From positions 81,954 through 145,953 of the forward strand of contig CAVRTI010000024.1 in NCBI GenBank assembly GCA_963723975.1: DNA of 64,000 bases. The letters run 5' to 3'. A model generated the notes under the pieces. That model searched no databases. It saw only the letters and a list, made by a program, of their open reading frames with translations, and was not told the DNA's origin. Source of the stretch: an uncultured Actinomycetota bacterium. Its GTDB lineage: Bacteria > Actinomycetota > Actinomycetes > JACCUZ01. Of the stretch, positions 39,293 to 49,300 are shown piece by piece (positions within the stretch are counted from its first letter, which is position 1; every line of letters begins with the position of its first letter). The translations under genes were made by a program, and so were the position numbers.

Positions 39293-39822
39293 CCGCCCGA
39301 CGGGTCCGGGTCGCCTCGGCGCTGCTGGTGAGCCTGCTCATCGCCTTCGGCGGCTTCGCGCTGCTGACCGGCCCGATGCGAGACGTCGAGGTCGACCTGG
39401 TGCTCGGCATGCTCGGCTACGGCGACCGCGCGTCGGTCGTCGGCGACCACGTGTTCCAGGTGCTGCCGGGCGACAACGACGCGTTCCGGGCGGCCCTGAC
39501 GCCGTACTGCTCGGCGCTGATCCCGATCCTCGCGCTGGCCGCGATCGCGTTCTGCGTGCTGCGGGGCAACCCGGTACGCCGGGTGCTGGCCTTCCTGCTG
39601 GCCGCGGTGCTCGTCCTGGTCGGCAACGTGCTGCGGATCGCGGGGTCGCTCTGGGTCGGGATCGAAGCCGGCCCCGGGGGGCTCGTGCTGTTCCACGACT
39701 GGGTGGGGACCCTGTTCGCGCTCACCTACACGCTCGTCGGCTTCTTCCTGATGCTCTACGTCATCCTCCCCAGCGCCACCGCGTCGATCCAGCGGGCGGC
39801 CCGGGTGAGTGACGTTCTCTGA
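39289..39822 (+). CDS. Small polytopic membrane protein (4-5 TMS), possibly an exosortase/archaeosortase-family member
   Basis: A GTGA start overlaps the GT2 stop. Four or five hydrophobic helices, a conserved-looking Cys in TM2 (TPYCSALIPI) and the motif VGNVLRIAGS, which resembles the N-x-x-R motif of exosortases. Confidence 0.4.
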   Translation: MTARRVRVASALLVSLLIAFGGFALLTGPMRDVEVDLVLGMLGYGDRASVVGDHVFQVLPGDNDAFRAALTPYCSALIPILALAAIAFCVLRGNPVRRVLAFLLAAVLVLVGNVLRIAGSLWVGIEAGPGGLVLFHDWVGTLFALTYTLVGFFLMLYVILPSATASIQRAARVSDVL

Positions 39823-39886
39823 CGCTCCGGGCTTTCTCCAGGTCCTCGGCTCAAGAGCCGGCGGCTTTCACCCGATTGCACTAAGC

Positions 39887-41380
39887 ATGAAGTCTTCCGT
39901 CGCTGCCGATGCCTCCGGGCTGATGTCCGGGGCCACCGCGCTGCAGCTGCTCCTCCTGGTCGGGATCGCCCTGCTCGCGATGGCGGCCAGCTGGCGCGCC
40001 GTCCGGCTGGTCCGGGTCCGAAGCGGGGTGCGCGCCGGTCTGACCCACGACGACGCCGCGGTCCGCACGGCCGCCGTCCAGCAGGCCGCCGAGCTCGGGC
40101 TCGCCACGACTGCCCCGTCGCTGCTGCGCGCTGTGCGGGCCGAGCAGGACCCGGCCGTCCTGGCCGCCGTGATCGAGACGGTCGCCGGCCGTCAGTGGGA
40201 GCCGGCCTCGACCGGCCCGATCGTGGAGCTGCGGCTCTGGGCCCGGGCCTACCTGGACACCCACCCCGAGCTGCGTGCCCGCCGTCACGCCTCCCAGCCG
40301 ATCCTCGCCGGCATCGCCGGGGCGACCGTGCCGCCTTCGCTGGACCCGGCGCGCTCGGCGCGGTTCCAGCGCGGCGCCGACGTGGCCGTCGAGGGGCCGC
40401 CGGCCGCGGCTGCCCTGGAGTCCGCCGACCCCGACCCCCTGCACAGCACCACGGTGCTGGTCACCGGTGTCGGCGGCGCCGCCGGTGTCGCAGTCCTGCG
40501 TGCCCTGCAGGCCCGCGGTCACCGGGTCGTCGGCGTCGACTCGGGCGTGGACGCCGTTGGCCTGGCCCTCGCCGACGAGTCGCACGTCGTCCCTCGCGGC
40601 GACGACCCGCACTTCCTCGCCGCGCTGCTGCGCGTGGTCACGGTGTCCTCCGCGCAGGCCATGATCTGCACGGTCGCCGAGGAGTACGCCGCGCTGTCCG
40701 GGGCCAAGGAGTACCTCGACGAGGCCGGCATCCGCACCCTGATGCCGTCTGCCGCCACGGTGGCCACCTGCCTGGACAAGTGGGCGTTCCACCAGGCCAT
40801 GACCGCGGCCGGCCTGCCGGTACCCGCCACCGGCCTCGGCAAGGCCGAAGGCGTTCCCGGTCCGTGGATCGTCAAGCCGAGGTTCGGCCGTGGCAGCCGG
40901 GACGTCCACGTCGTCCCCAACCAGACGCGGCTGCGCACGGCCCTCGCCTCGACCCCCCGGCCCCTGGTCCAGACCCAGCTGACCGGGCGGGAGTTCACTG
41001 CCGACGTCCTGGTCGACGGCTCCGGCGCGGTCCTCACGGTCTGCCCGCGGTGGCGGCTGGAGACCAAGGGCGGCATCTCGACCAAGGGCGAGACCTTCGC
41101 CGACGACGAGGTCGTCAACGTGGTGTCCCTGGTCATCAAGGCCACCGGCCTCGTCGGCCCGGCGAACGTGCAGGGTTTCGTCGCCGAGGACGGCGGCGTG
41201 ACCATCCACGAGGTCAACCCCCGCTTCTCCGGCGGACTGCCGCTGACGCTTCATGCGGGGGCCGACGTCGTCACCGAGTACCTGCGCGAGATCCTCGGGC
41301 TGCGTCCCCGCGAGGAGCGCCTGGTGACCCGGCCCGGTGTGAAGATGCGACGCTTCCTGGTCGAGGTGTACGCGGAGTGA
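39887..41380 (+). CDS. Membrane-anchored HEAT-repeat / ATP-grasp domain protein
   Basis: An N-terminal TM (ALQLLLLVGIALLAMAASW) and HEAT-like repeats (HDDAAVRTAAVQQAAELG...LLRAVRAEQDPAVLAAVIETVA). The C-terminal ATP-grasp fold is VLVTGVGGAAGVAVLRAL...WIVKPRFGRGSRDVHVV...IHEVNPRFSGG. Confidence 0.65.
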   Translation: MKSSVAADASGLMSGATALQLLLLVGIALLAMAASWRAVRLVRVRSGVRAGLTHDDAAVRTAAVQQAAELGLATTAPSLLRAVRAEQDPAVLAAVIETVAGRQWEPASTGPIVELRLWARAYLDTHPELRARRHASQPILAGIAGATVPPSLDPARSARFQRGADVAVEGPPAAAALESADPDPLHSTTVLVTGVGGAAGVAVLRALQARGHRVVGVDSGVDAVGLALADESHVVPRGDDPHFLAALLRVVTVSSAQAMICTVAEEYAALSGAKEYLDEAGIRTLMPSAATVATCLDKWAFHQAMTAAGLPVPATGLGKAEGVPGPWIVKPRFGRGSRDVHVVPNQTRLRTALASTPRPLVQTQLTGREFTADVLVDGSGAVLTVCPRWRLETKGGISTKGETFADDEVVNVVSLVIKATGLVGPANVQGFVAEDGGVTIHEVNPRFSGGLPLTLHAGADVVTEYLREILGLRPREERLVTRPGVKMRRFLVEVYAE

Positions 41381-42525
41381 GCGCCGCTCTCGCGCTGACG
41401 GTGGCTGTCGGCACCCGGCCCGAGGTGGTCAAGCTGGCGCCCGTGGTCGCCGCGTTGCGCGCCGGTGGTCACCAGGTGCGCTGCGTCGCCACCGGTCAGC
41501 ACGCCGACCCCCGACTCGCTGCCCGGCTCTTCACCGAGCTCGGCTGCCCGCCGGACGACGTGTGGGAGCTGGCAGGGGACGAGGGCGACCGGGTCGGCGG
41601 CCTGCTGGCCCACGCCTACCGCGAGCTCGCCGGTCACCGGCCGGACGCCGTGATCGTCCTGGGTGACACCTACACCGCACCGTTGGTCGCGATGGCGGCG
41701 CGGCGGGCCGGTGTCGGCGTCGTGCACGTCGAGGCCGGGCTGCGCTCCTTCAACGAGCTGTCGATGGAGGAGACCAACCGGCGGATGCTGGCTGTTCTCG
41801 CGACCGTGCACCTCGCGCCGACCGAGCTGGCCCGGACCTTCCTGATCCAGGAGGGCGTCGACCCCCGGCGGGTCCGCGTGGTCGGCAACCCGGTCCTCGA
41901 CGCGGTGCGGCTGGCCGGTGTCGGCCGGGTGCCACTGGACCGGCGTACCGGCGTCCTGGTCACCGCCCACCGGGCCACCAACGTCGACGACCCGGCCCGG
42001 CTCGCCGTGCTGGTCTCGGTGGTCGAGGGACTGGCCCGCCGGCACGGACCGGTGCTCTTCCCTGTCCACCCGCGGACCCGGGACCGGCTCGAGGCAGCCG
42101 GCTGGTGGGCCGGCCTGGCCGCGGTCCCGGGTGTTCGGCTGGTCGACCCGCTGGGCTACCTGGACCTGCTGCAGGCGCTGGCCGGCAGCCGGCTGGTGGT
42201 CACCGACAGCGGTGGCGTGCAGGAGGAGGCGTCCTACCTCGGTGTGCCAGTCGTGGTGATGCGCTCGACGACCCCTCGCTGGGAGGGGGTCGAGAACGGC
42301 GCCGCCGTGCTCAGCGGGTTGGACGAGGATCGGGTGCTGGCGGCCGCTGCTCGCTACGACGAGCCGCTGGAGCTCGCCCGGGTGGCCGCGCTCCGCTGCC
42401 CCTATGGCGACGGCCACGCGGGGGACAAGGTCGTGGCGGCGCTGGCCGACCCCGAGGTGCGGGACCTGCTCGCGCCGCGCGAGCCGGAGCTGCTGTCCCG
42501 CCCCCCGTTGCGGCAGCCGGCATGA
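41377..42525 (+). CDS. wecB: UDP-N-acetylglucosamine 2-epimerase (non-hydrolysing)
   Basis: A GT-B-like epimerase: LTVAVGTRPEVVKLAPV...HVEAGLRSFN...VVTDSGGVQEEASYLGVPVVVMR. A GTGA overlap couples it to the upstream gene. Confidence 0.85.
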   Translation: MSAALALTVAVGTRPEVVKLAPVVAALRAGGHQVRCVATGQHADPRLAARLFTELGCPPDDVWELAGDEGDRVGGLLAHAYRELAGHRPDAVIVLGDTYTAPLVAMAARRAGVGVVHVEAGLRSFNELSMEETNRRMLAVLATVHLAPTELARTFLIQEGVDPRRVRVVGNPVLDAVRLAGVGRVPLDRRTGVLVTAHRATNVDDPARLAVLVSVVEGLARRHGPVLFPVHPRTRDRLEAAGWWAGLAAVPGVRLVDPLGYLDLLQALAGSRLVVTDSGGVQEEASYLGVPVVVMRSTTPRWEGVENGAAVLSGLDEDRVLAAAARYDEPLELARVAALRCPYGDGHAGDKVVAALADPEVRDLLAPREPELLSRPPLRQPA

Positions 42526-43244
42526 CCGGCCGGGTCGCCGCGGTCACCCTCGACCTCGACGACACCGTGTTCCCGCAGGACCAGTGGCTCGCCGGCGCCT
42601 GGGCCGCGGTCGCCGACCGGGGCGCCGACCTCGGTCTGGACCGTGAGCCGCTGCTCCGGGCGCTGGTCCGGACCGCCGCCGAGGGCTCGGACCGGGGCGG
42701 GATCATCGACCGCGCGCTGGCCGCCGCCGGCTGGCGCCCCGAGGCGTACGTCGGGGAGCTGGTCGCGGCCTTCACCGGGCACGCCCCGGTCAGCCTCACG
42801 CCGTACCCCGGGGCCCTCGAGGCCCTCGGACTGCTCAGCTCCGTCGTCCCCGTCGTGCTCATCACCGACGGCAACCCGCGGATCCAGCACGGCAAGGTCG
42901 CGGCGCTGGGCCTGGACCGGCTGGTCGCGCACGTCGTCGTCTCCGACGAGCTCGGGGGCCGCGACCTGCGCAAGCCGCACCCCGCGCCCTTCCGGCGGGC
43001 CCTGTCGCTGCTCGACCTGCCCGCGGAGCTGGTGGTGCACGTCGGCGACCGGCCGGGCAAGGACGTCGCGGGAGCCCAGGCGGTCGGCATCCGGGCGGTC
43101 CGGGTGCGCACCGGTGAGTACGCCGGCCAGCCCGACCCGGCCGGCCTGCGCCCTTGGCGCTCGACCGGGGACCTGACCGAGGCCGTGGCCCTGCTGATGC
43201 CCCTGCTGGTGAGGGAACAGGAAGGTGCGCCCGCTCGGTTATGA
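42522..43244 (+). CDS. HAD-family hydrolase
   Basis: [13 protein letters not shown] (DxDxT motif I) ... K...GDrpgkDV motifs. An ATGA overlap couples it to wecB. Confidence 0.75.
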   Translation: MTGRVAAVTLDLDDTVFPQDQWLAGAWAAVADRGADLGLDREPLLRALVRTAAEGSDRGGIIDRALAAAGWRPEAYVGELVAAFTGHAPVSLTPYPGALEALGLLSSVVPVVLITDGNPRIQHGKVAALGLDRLVAHVVVSDELGGRDLRKPHPAPFRRALSLLDLPAELVVHVGDRPGKDVAGAQAVGIRAVRVRTGEYAGQPDPAGLRPWRSTGDLTEAVALLMPLLVREQEGAPARL

Positions 43245-43350
43245 CGGCTGGACCTGCCTCTGGCAGACTGTCCCGCTGGTTCCGGTTCACGTCCCGCCGT
43301 CCGAGGTGGCGACGACCCGGCGACCGTCCCACCGTGAGGAGAGCACCACC

Positions 43351-43575
43351 GTGAAGCCTGACATCCACCCCGAGTACGTCGAGACCACGGTCACCTGCAG
43401 CTGCGGGTCGACCTTCACGACGCACAGCACCGCGAAGAGCGGCGCCATCCACGCCGAGGTCTGCTCGCAGTGCCACCCCTTCTACACCGGCAAGCAGAAG
43501 ATCCTCGACACCGGCGGCCGCGTGGCCCGGTTCGAGAAGCGCTTCGGCACCGGCAGCAAGTCCGCAGCCAAGTAG
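43351..43575 (+). CDS. rpmE: 50S ribosomal protein L31 (type A, zinc-ribbon)
   Basis: [26 protein letters not shown]...[12 protein letters not shown]. Confidence 0.9.
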   Translation: MKPDIHPEYVETTVTCSCGSTFTTHSTAKSGAIHAEVCSQCHPFYTGKQKILDTGGRVARFEKRFGTGSKSAAK

Positions 43576-43673
43576 CTGCCCTCACGGCGTCGGTCCGGGT
43601 CCCTCTCGAGGGCCGGACCGGCGCCGTCTGTCTGTGTGTGCTGTCGTCGAAGGTCGAGATGAGGTGAGCAGTC

Positions 43674-44744
43674 GTGGAGGCCCCCGCTGAGATGCTCGCT
43701 GAGCACGCCCGCCTGGAGCAGGAGCTCGCCGACCCGGCCGTGCACGGCGACCAGGCCCGGGCCCGGGCCCTGGGCAAGCGCTACTCCGCGCTGACACCGG
43801 TGGTGGAGACCTCCCGCGAGCTGCAGGAGCTGGCGGGCGACCTGGCCACCGCGCGCGAGCTGGCGGTCGACGACGAGTCGTTCCGCGCCGAGGTGCCGGT
43901 CATGGAGGCCAGGCAGGCCGAGCTCGAGGCGCGGCTTCGGACCTTGCTGCTGCCGCGCGACGAGAACGACGACAAGGACGTCATCGTCGAGATCAAGGCC
44001 GGCGAGGGCGGCGAGGAGTCGGCGCTGTTCGCCGGAGACCTGATGCGGATGTACCTGCGCTACGCCGAGCGGGTCGGTTGGAAGACCGAGATCATCGAGG
44101 CCACCGAGACCGACATGGGCGGCTACAAGGACGTCCAGCTCGCCGTGAAGTCGCGTGGCATCCCCGCGCCCGGCCACGGGGTGTGGGCGCGGCTGAAGTA
44201 CGAGGGCGGCGTGCACCGCGTGCAGCGCGTCCCGGTGACCGAGTCCCAGGGCCGGATCCACACCAGTGCGGCAGGCGTCCTGGTGCTGCCCGAGGCCGAG
44301 GAGGTCGACGTGGAGATCGACCCGAACGACCTGCGCATCGACGTCTACCGCTCGTCCGGCCCGGGTGGACAGAGCGTGAACACCACCGACTCCGCGGTGC
44401 GGATCACCCATGTCCCCACCGGCATCGTCGCCTCCTGCCAGAACGAGAAGTCCCAGCTGCAGAACCGCGAGCAGGCGATGCGCATCCTGCGGGCCCGGCT
44501 GCTCGCCGCCGCGCAGGAGGCCGCCGACCAGGAGGCGTCGGACGCCCGGCGCAGCCAGGTGCGCACGGTCGACCGCTCCGAGCGGGTCCGCACCTACAAC
44601 TTCGCCGAGAACCGGATCGCCGACCACCGGGTCAACTTCAAGGCCTACAACCTCGACCAGGTCCTCGACGGTGACCTGGACGCGGTCGTCCAGGCGCTGG
44701 TCGACGCCGACACCGAGGCCAAGCTGGCTCACGCGGGTCAGTGA
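43674..44744 (+). CDS. prfA: Peptide chain release factor 1
   Basis: PxT-region and GGQ motif ([19 protein letters not shown]). Confidence 0.95.
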   Translation: MEAPAEMLAEHARLEQELADPAVHGDQARARALGKRYSALTPVVETSRELQELAGDLATARELAVDDESFRAEVPVMEARQAELEARLRTLLLPRDENDDKDVIVEIKAGEGGEESALFAGDLMRMYLRYAERVGWKTEIIEATETDMGGYKDVQLAVKSRGIPAPGHGVWARLKYEGGVHRVQRVPVTESQGRIHTSAAGVLVLPEAEEVDVEIDPNDLRIDVYRSSGPGGQSVNTTDSAVRITHVPTGIVASCQNEKSQLQNREQAMRILRARLLAAAQEAADQEASDARRSQVRTVDRSERVRTYNFAENRIADHRVNFKAYNLDQVLDGDLDAVVQALVDADTEAKLAHAGQ

Positions 44745-45580
44745 CCTCCCGACCCCTGCAGGCCGCCCTGGCCGACGCGACCGCTCGGCTCGAGGCGGCC
44801 GGCGTGCCGTCGGCCAGGCACGACGCGGAGGCGCTCGCGGCCCACTCGCTGGGCATCCAGCGGGTGGACCTCTGGCGGCACGACTCTCCCGGCGCGGCAT
44901 TCGGTGCGTACGTCGAGCGGCGGGCCGCCCGTGAGCCGCTGCAGCACATCACCGGGCTCGCGTACTTCCGGCACCTCACCCTGCGGGTCGGGCCCGGGGT
45001 GTTCGTGCCCCGACCTGAGACGGAGGTCGTGGTCGACGCCGTGCTGGCGGCGCTGAAGGGCACCGGGAGCCCACGGGTGGTCGACCTGTGCACCGGGTCC
45101 GGCGCCATCGCGCTCGCGGTGGCCACCGAGGTCCCCGGCAGCGAGGTGCACGCGGTCGAGCGGGAGCCGGCGGCGCACGCGTGGGCGGTCCGGAACTGTG
45201 CGGGGTCGCCGGTCGACCTGCGGCTGGGTGACATGGCGACCGCCTTCCCCGAGCTCGACGGCACCGTCGACGTCGTGGTGAGCAACCCGCCGTACATCCC
45301 GCTCGGCGCGGTGATCCGCGACCCGGAGGTCGCCGCGCACGACCCGGCCGGGTCGCTGTGGTCCGGCGACGACGGCCTGGACGCGATGCGCGTCGTCGAG
45401 CGGGTCGCTGCCCGGCTGCTGCGACCCGGCGGCCGGGTGGTGGCCGAGCACGCCGACCTCCAGGGCGCCTCGGCACCTGCCGTCTTCGCCGACCCCGCCC
45501 GGTGGCGCGACGTCTCCGACCACCGCGACCTCGCCGGCCGCGACCGCTTCGTCACCGCCGTCCGCCAGGATCGAAGTTGA
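44741..45580 (+). CDS. prmC: Release factor glutamine N5-methyltransferase
   Basis: An NPPY motif (VVSNPPYIP) and a SAM motif ([13 protein letters not shown]). A GTGA overlap couples it to prfA. Confidence 0.9.
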   Translation: MTSRPLQAALADATARLEAAGVPSARHDAEALAAHSLGIQRVDLWRHDSPGAAFGAYVERRAAREPLQHITGLAYFRHLTLRVGPGVFVPRPETEVVVDAVLAALKGTGSPRVVDLCTGSGAIALAVATEVPGSEVHAVEREPAAHAWAVRNCAGSPVDLRLGDMATAFPELDGTVDVVVSNPPYIPLGAVIRDPEVAAHDPAGSLWSGDDGLDAMRVVERVAARLLRPGGRVVAEHADLQGASAPAVFADPARWRDVSDHRDLAGRDRFVTAVRQDRS

Positions 45581-45661
45581 TCACGCTGGCGTGGTCAACT
45601 GCTGCTGGGTGCGGTGAGCTTGCCGCACCCAGCGACCGGTGATCACGCTGACGTGATCAAC
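45576..45661. repeat. Triple-hairpin palindromic intergenic repeat element, copy 1
   Basis: GTTGATCACGCtgGCGTGgTCAAC (45576-45599) + CTGGGTGCGG-tgagcttg-CCGCACCCAG (45605-45632) + GgTGATCACGCtgaCGTGATCAAC (45638-45661). It is near-identical to the element at 60820-60905. Confidence 0.65.
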
Positions 45662-45695
45662 TTCGCGGGCGCGGAGCAGGAGGGGATGAGGGCTG

Positions 45696-46364
45696 ATGGG
45701 CTGGGTGCGGCGGTACGACATGGCCAGCGCGGCCGAGCGTCCGGTCGGGCTGGACCTGGCCAAGGACGCGGTGCGCCGCGGCGAGCTCGTCGTGCTGCCG
45801 ACCGACACGGTCTACGGCCTGGGCACCGACGCGTTCTCGCCGGACGCCGTGCGCGGACTGCTCACGGCCAAGGGCCGCGGCCGGGACATGCCGGTGCCCG
45901 TCCTGGTCGGCTCCCCGCGCACCCTCGACGGCATCGCCACGGGCCTGTCGGCGGCGGCGCGGGACCTGGTGGAGGCGTTCTGGCCGGGCGGCCTGACCGT
46001 GGTCGCCGCCGTCCAGCCGTCCCTGCAGTGGGACCTCGGGGAGACCGGCGGCACGGTGGCGGTCCGGATGCCGCTGCACCCGGTGGCCCTCGAGCTGCTG
46101 CGCGCCACCGGGCCGATGGCCGTCAGCAGCGCCAACCGCTCCGGGCAGCCACCCGCCACCACCTGCGACGACGCCGTCGAGCAGCTCGGCGAGTCGGTGT
46201 CGGTCTACCTGGACGGCGGGCCGTCCGGCGACCCGGTGCCCTCGACGATCGTCGACCTCACCGGCGAGGTGCCCCGTCTGCTGCGTCTGGGCGCGGTGAC
46301 CGCCGAGGCCCTCCGCTCGGTCTCCGGTGACCTGCTGACCGAGCCGTACAGTGATCCGACATGA
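45696..46364 (+). CDS. L-threonylcarbamoyladenylate synthase (Sua5/YwlC/TsaC family)
   Basis: VLPTDTVYGLGTDAFSPDAV...MPLHPVALELLRATGPMAVSSANRSGQPP. Confidence 0.85.
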   Translation: MGWVRRYDMASAAERPVGLDLAKDAVRRGELVVLPTDTVYGLGTDAFSPDAVRGLLTAKGRGRDMPVPVLVGSPRTLDGIATGLSAAARDLVEAFWPGGLTVVAAVQPSLQWDLGETGGTVAVRMPLHPVALELLRATGPMAVSSANRSGQPPATTCDDAVEQLGESVSVYLDGGPSGDPVPSTIVDLTGEVPRLLRLGAVTAEALRSVSGDLLTEPYSDPT

Positions 46365-47677
46365 CGGTGTCCGGGGCGCGCGGGACCTACTGGGGCCCGG
46401 ACTTCGACGCCCTTCAGGCGCAGGACCCGGAGATCGCCGGCGTCGTCCTCGGTGAGCTGGACCGGCTCCGCGGCGGCCTCCAGCTGATCGCCAGCGAGAA
46501 CTTCACCTCGCCCGCGGTGCTGGCGGCACTCGGCTCGACGCTGTCGAACAAGTACGCCGAGGGGTACCCCGGCCGGCGCTACTACGGCGGCTGCCAGGAG
46601 GTCGACCGGGCCGAGGAGATCGGCATCGCCCGGGCCCGGCAGCTGTTCGGCAGCAGCGACACGGCCGGGGCCTCCGATATCCACGTCAACCTCCAACCGC
46701 ACTCCGGCGCCAGCGCCAACCTCGCGGTCTACGCCGCGCTGCTCCAGCCCGGCGACACGGTCCTCGCCATGTCGCTGCCGCACGGCGGCCACCTCACCCA
46801 CGGCGCGAAGGTGAGCTTCTCGGGCACCTGGTACACCCCGGTGCCCTACACGGTGCGGCGCGACACGGAGCTGATCGACTACGACGAGGTCCGCGACCTC
46901 GCGCTGCAGCACCGGCCCAAGATGATCATCGCCGGCGCCACGGCGTACCCGCGGCTGATCGACTTCGCCCGGTTCCGCGAGATCGCCGACGAGGTGGGTG
47001 CCTGGCTGATGGTCGACGCCGCGCACTTCATCGGCCTGGTGGCCGGCCGGGCGATCCCGTCGCCGGTGCCGTACGCCGACGTCGTGACGTTCACGACCCA
47101 CAAGGTGCTGCGTGGCCCCCGCGGCGGCATGGTCGTGTGCCGGCCGGAGCTGGCGGCCCGGATCGACAAGGCGGTGTTCCCGTTCCTCCAGGGCGGTCCG
47201 CTGATGCACGCGGTGGCCGCGAAGGCGGTGGTGCTGGGGGAGTGCCTGCAACCGGCGTACCGCACCTACGCCGCGCAGGTCGTGGCCAACGCGAAGGCGC
47301 TCGCCGACGGGCTCGCGGCCGAGGGGATGCGTCCGGTCTCCGGTGGCACCGACACGCACCTCGCGCTGCTCGACCTGCGGGCCAGCGACGTCCCAGGCCT
47401 GACCGGTGCCGTCGCGGAGACGCGCTGCGACGCCGCGCGCATCACGCTGAACAAGAACGCCATCCCCTACGACCCCGAGAAGCCGATGGTCGGCTCCGGC
47501 ATCCGGGTCGGCACCGCGGCCGTCACCACGCAGGGGATGACCGAGCCGGCGATGGCGGAGGTGGCTGCGCTGATCGGGCGCGCGGTGCGGGACGTCGACG
47601 GGTCCGCTGCTGCCGAGGTGGCCGAGGCGGTCGGTGCCCTTGTCGCCGACCACCCGGCGTACCCGACCCCGGCGTAG
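46361..47677 (+). CDS. glyA: Serine hydroxymethyltransferase
   Basis: LIASENFTSPAVL...HGGHLTHG...TTHKVLRGPRGG. ATGA overlap. Confidence 0.95.
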   Translation: MTVSGARGTYWGPDFDALQAQDPEIAGVVLGELDRLRGGLQLIASENFTSPAVLAALGSTLSNKYAEGYPGRRYYGGCQEVDRAEEIGIARARQLFGSSDTAGASDIHVNLQPHSGASANLAVYAALLQPGDTVLAMSLPHGGHLTHGAKVSFSGTWYTPVPYTVRRDTELIDYDEVRDLALQHRPKMIIAGATAYPRLIDFARFREIADEVGAWLMVDAAHFIGLVAGRAIPSPVPYADVVTFTTHKVLRGPRGGMVVCRPELAARIDKAVFPFLQGGPLMHAVAAKAVVLGECLQPAYRTYAAQVVANAKALADGLAAEGMRPVSGGTDTHLALLDLRASDVPGLTGAVAETRCDAARITLNKNAIPYDPEKPMVGSGIRVGTAAVTTQGMTEPAMAEVAALIGRAVRDVDGSAAAEVAEAVGALVADHPAYPTPA

Positions 47678-47691
47678 GCGGACGACGGAGC

Positions 47692-48849
47692 GTGCGCGAG
47701 TACCTGCTCACCCTGGTGGTGGCTGCAACGGTGACCTACCTGCTCACCCCCGTGGCCCGGCGCATCGCGCTGCGCTGGGGGGCGATGACCGCGGTCCGGG
47801 ACCGGGACGTGCACGCCATCCCCACCCCGCGGCTCGGCGGGATCGCGATGCTCGCCGGTTTCGGGGCCGGCATCCTCGTCGCCACCCAGATGCCGTTCCT
47901 CGGCCCCCGGCTCGGCGACGGCCAGCAGACGTTGGCGCTGCTGTCCGGCGCGGTCCTGATCTGCCTGCTCGGCATCGCCGACGACAAGTGGGAGCTGGAC
48001 GCGCTGACCAAGCTGGCGGGGCAGGTGCTCGCGTCCGGCGTCATGGTGATCGGCGGCGTGCAGATGCTCTACCTGCCGATGGGCGGCCTGGGCGGCGACT
48101 CCTCCGACGGCGTCCCGAACTCCTTCGTCCTCGGCCCGGTCGAGGGGACGGTGCTCACCATCGTGCTCGTCGTGGTCACGGTGAACGCGGTGAACTTCGT
48201 GGACGGCCTGGACGGTCTCGCGGCCGGCATCGTCGCGATCGCCGCAACGTCGTTCTTCGTCTTCTCCTACATCCTCACCGTCAACGAGAGCCTGACCCGC
48301 GCCACCGCCCCGGGGGTGATCGCGGCGGCCCTGATCGGGGTGTGCGTCGGCTTCCTGCCGCACAACTTCAGCCCGGCACGCATCTTCATGGGCGACTCGG
48401 GCTCGATGCTGATCGGGCTGCTGCTCGCGTCGACCACGATCACCCTCACCGGAACCGTGGCGCCCAACGCCGTCGACACCGACCTCGCGCCGGCCCTGCT
48501 GCCGCTGGTGCTGCCGATCGCCGTGATGGCGCTGCCTTTCCTCGACGTCGTGCTGGCCATCATCCGGCGTACCCTCGCCGGCCGGTCGCCGTTCGCGCCG
48601 GACAAGCAGCACCTGCACCACCGGCTGCTCGAACGCGGCCACAGCCACGCCCGCGCGGTCCTGGTGATGTACCTGTGGTCGTCGGTGATCGCGTTCGGAG
48701 CCACGGCCGTCGTCTTCCTGAACCGGACGCCGTTGCTCGTGAGTCTCGCGGTCGTTGTCGTGGTCGCGGTGCTGGTCACGATGAACATCCCGCGGCTGCG
48801 CCGGGCCGAGGGCAGCTTCACCGGGCTGCGACGCGGAAAGACGCCGTGA
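47692..48849 (+). CDS. wecA: Undecaprenyl-phosphate GlcNAc-1-phosphate transferase (WecA/Rfe, MraY/GPT family)
   Basis: NAVNFVDGLDGLAAG...FMGDSGS... across 10-11 TMS. Confidence 0.85.
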   Translation: MREYLLTLVVAATVTYLLTPVARRIALRWGAMTAVRDRDVHAIPTPRLGGIAMLAGFGAGILVATQMPFLGPRLGDGQQTLALLSGAVLICLLGIADDKWELDALTKLAGQVLASGVMVIGGVQMLYLPMGGLGGDSSDGVPNSFVLGPVEGTVLTIVLVVVTVNAVNFVDGLDGLAAGIVAIAATSFFVFSYILTVNESLTRATAPGVIAAALIGVCVGFLPHNFSPARIFMGDSGSMLIGLLLASTTITLTGTVAPNAVDTDLAPALLPLVLPIAVMALPFLDVVLAIIRRTLAGRSPFAPDKQHLHHRLLERGHSHARAVLVMYLWSSVIAFGATAVVFLNRTPLLVSLAVVVVVAVLVTMNIPRLRRAEGSFTGLRRGKTP

Positions 48850-49283
48850 CGGTCCGACCTGAGGTCGGCGTGCGCCGGCTGCTCGGCCCGGCCACCCTCA
48901 CCGCCCTGGCCGTCGGAGCGGTGTGCGTCGTGGCCGGCTCGGTCCTCAGCGGCCCGGCCGGCCTCGCGGCGGCGCTGCTGGGGATCGTGCTGGTGCTGGG
49001 GTTCCTGCTCGTCGGCCAGCTGCCGGTCGCGCAGGCGGCGCGGGGCCGGGGTGGCCTGGGTGCGATGCTCCTGCTGCTCGGCTACTCGCTGCGCGTCCTG
49101 CTGCTGCTGATGGTGTTCGTCGCTGTCACGCAGGCAGGGGCGCCGGACCGAGAGGTGCTCGGCGGTCACGGTGATCGCCGTCGGGCTGGGCTGGACGGCC
49201 GGCACGGTGTGGACCTGGCTGCACTGGCGGGGACCCGTCGTCGACGTGGAGCTTCCATCGGACCGGGACCCGGCCGAGCGCTG
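48846..49283 (+). CDS. Small membrane protein preceding the atp operon (Rv1303-like). An apparent 1-nt insertion lies near 49140-49150
   Basis: A GTGA start overlaps the wecA stop. Frame 0 reads ...MLLLLGYSLRVLLLLMVFVAVTQAG, then frame 1 reads ...SAVTVIAVGLGWTAGTVWTWLHWRGPVVDVELPSDRDPAER*. Confidence 0.5.
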
Positions 49284-49300
49284 ATAGGGTCCTTCGCGCG

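Noticed and set aside
45581-45808. Small ORFs encoding '...DHVSVITGRWVR...' (45581..45808 minus, 60718..60900 plus, 60825..61163 minus)
   Set aside because: These similar peptides are simply translations of the two copies of the triple-hairpin DNA repeat, not a protein family.
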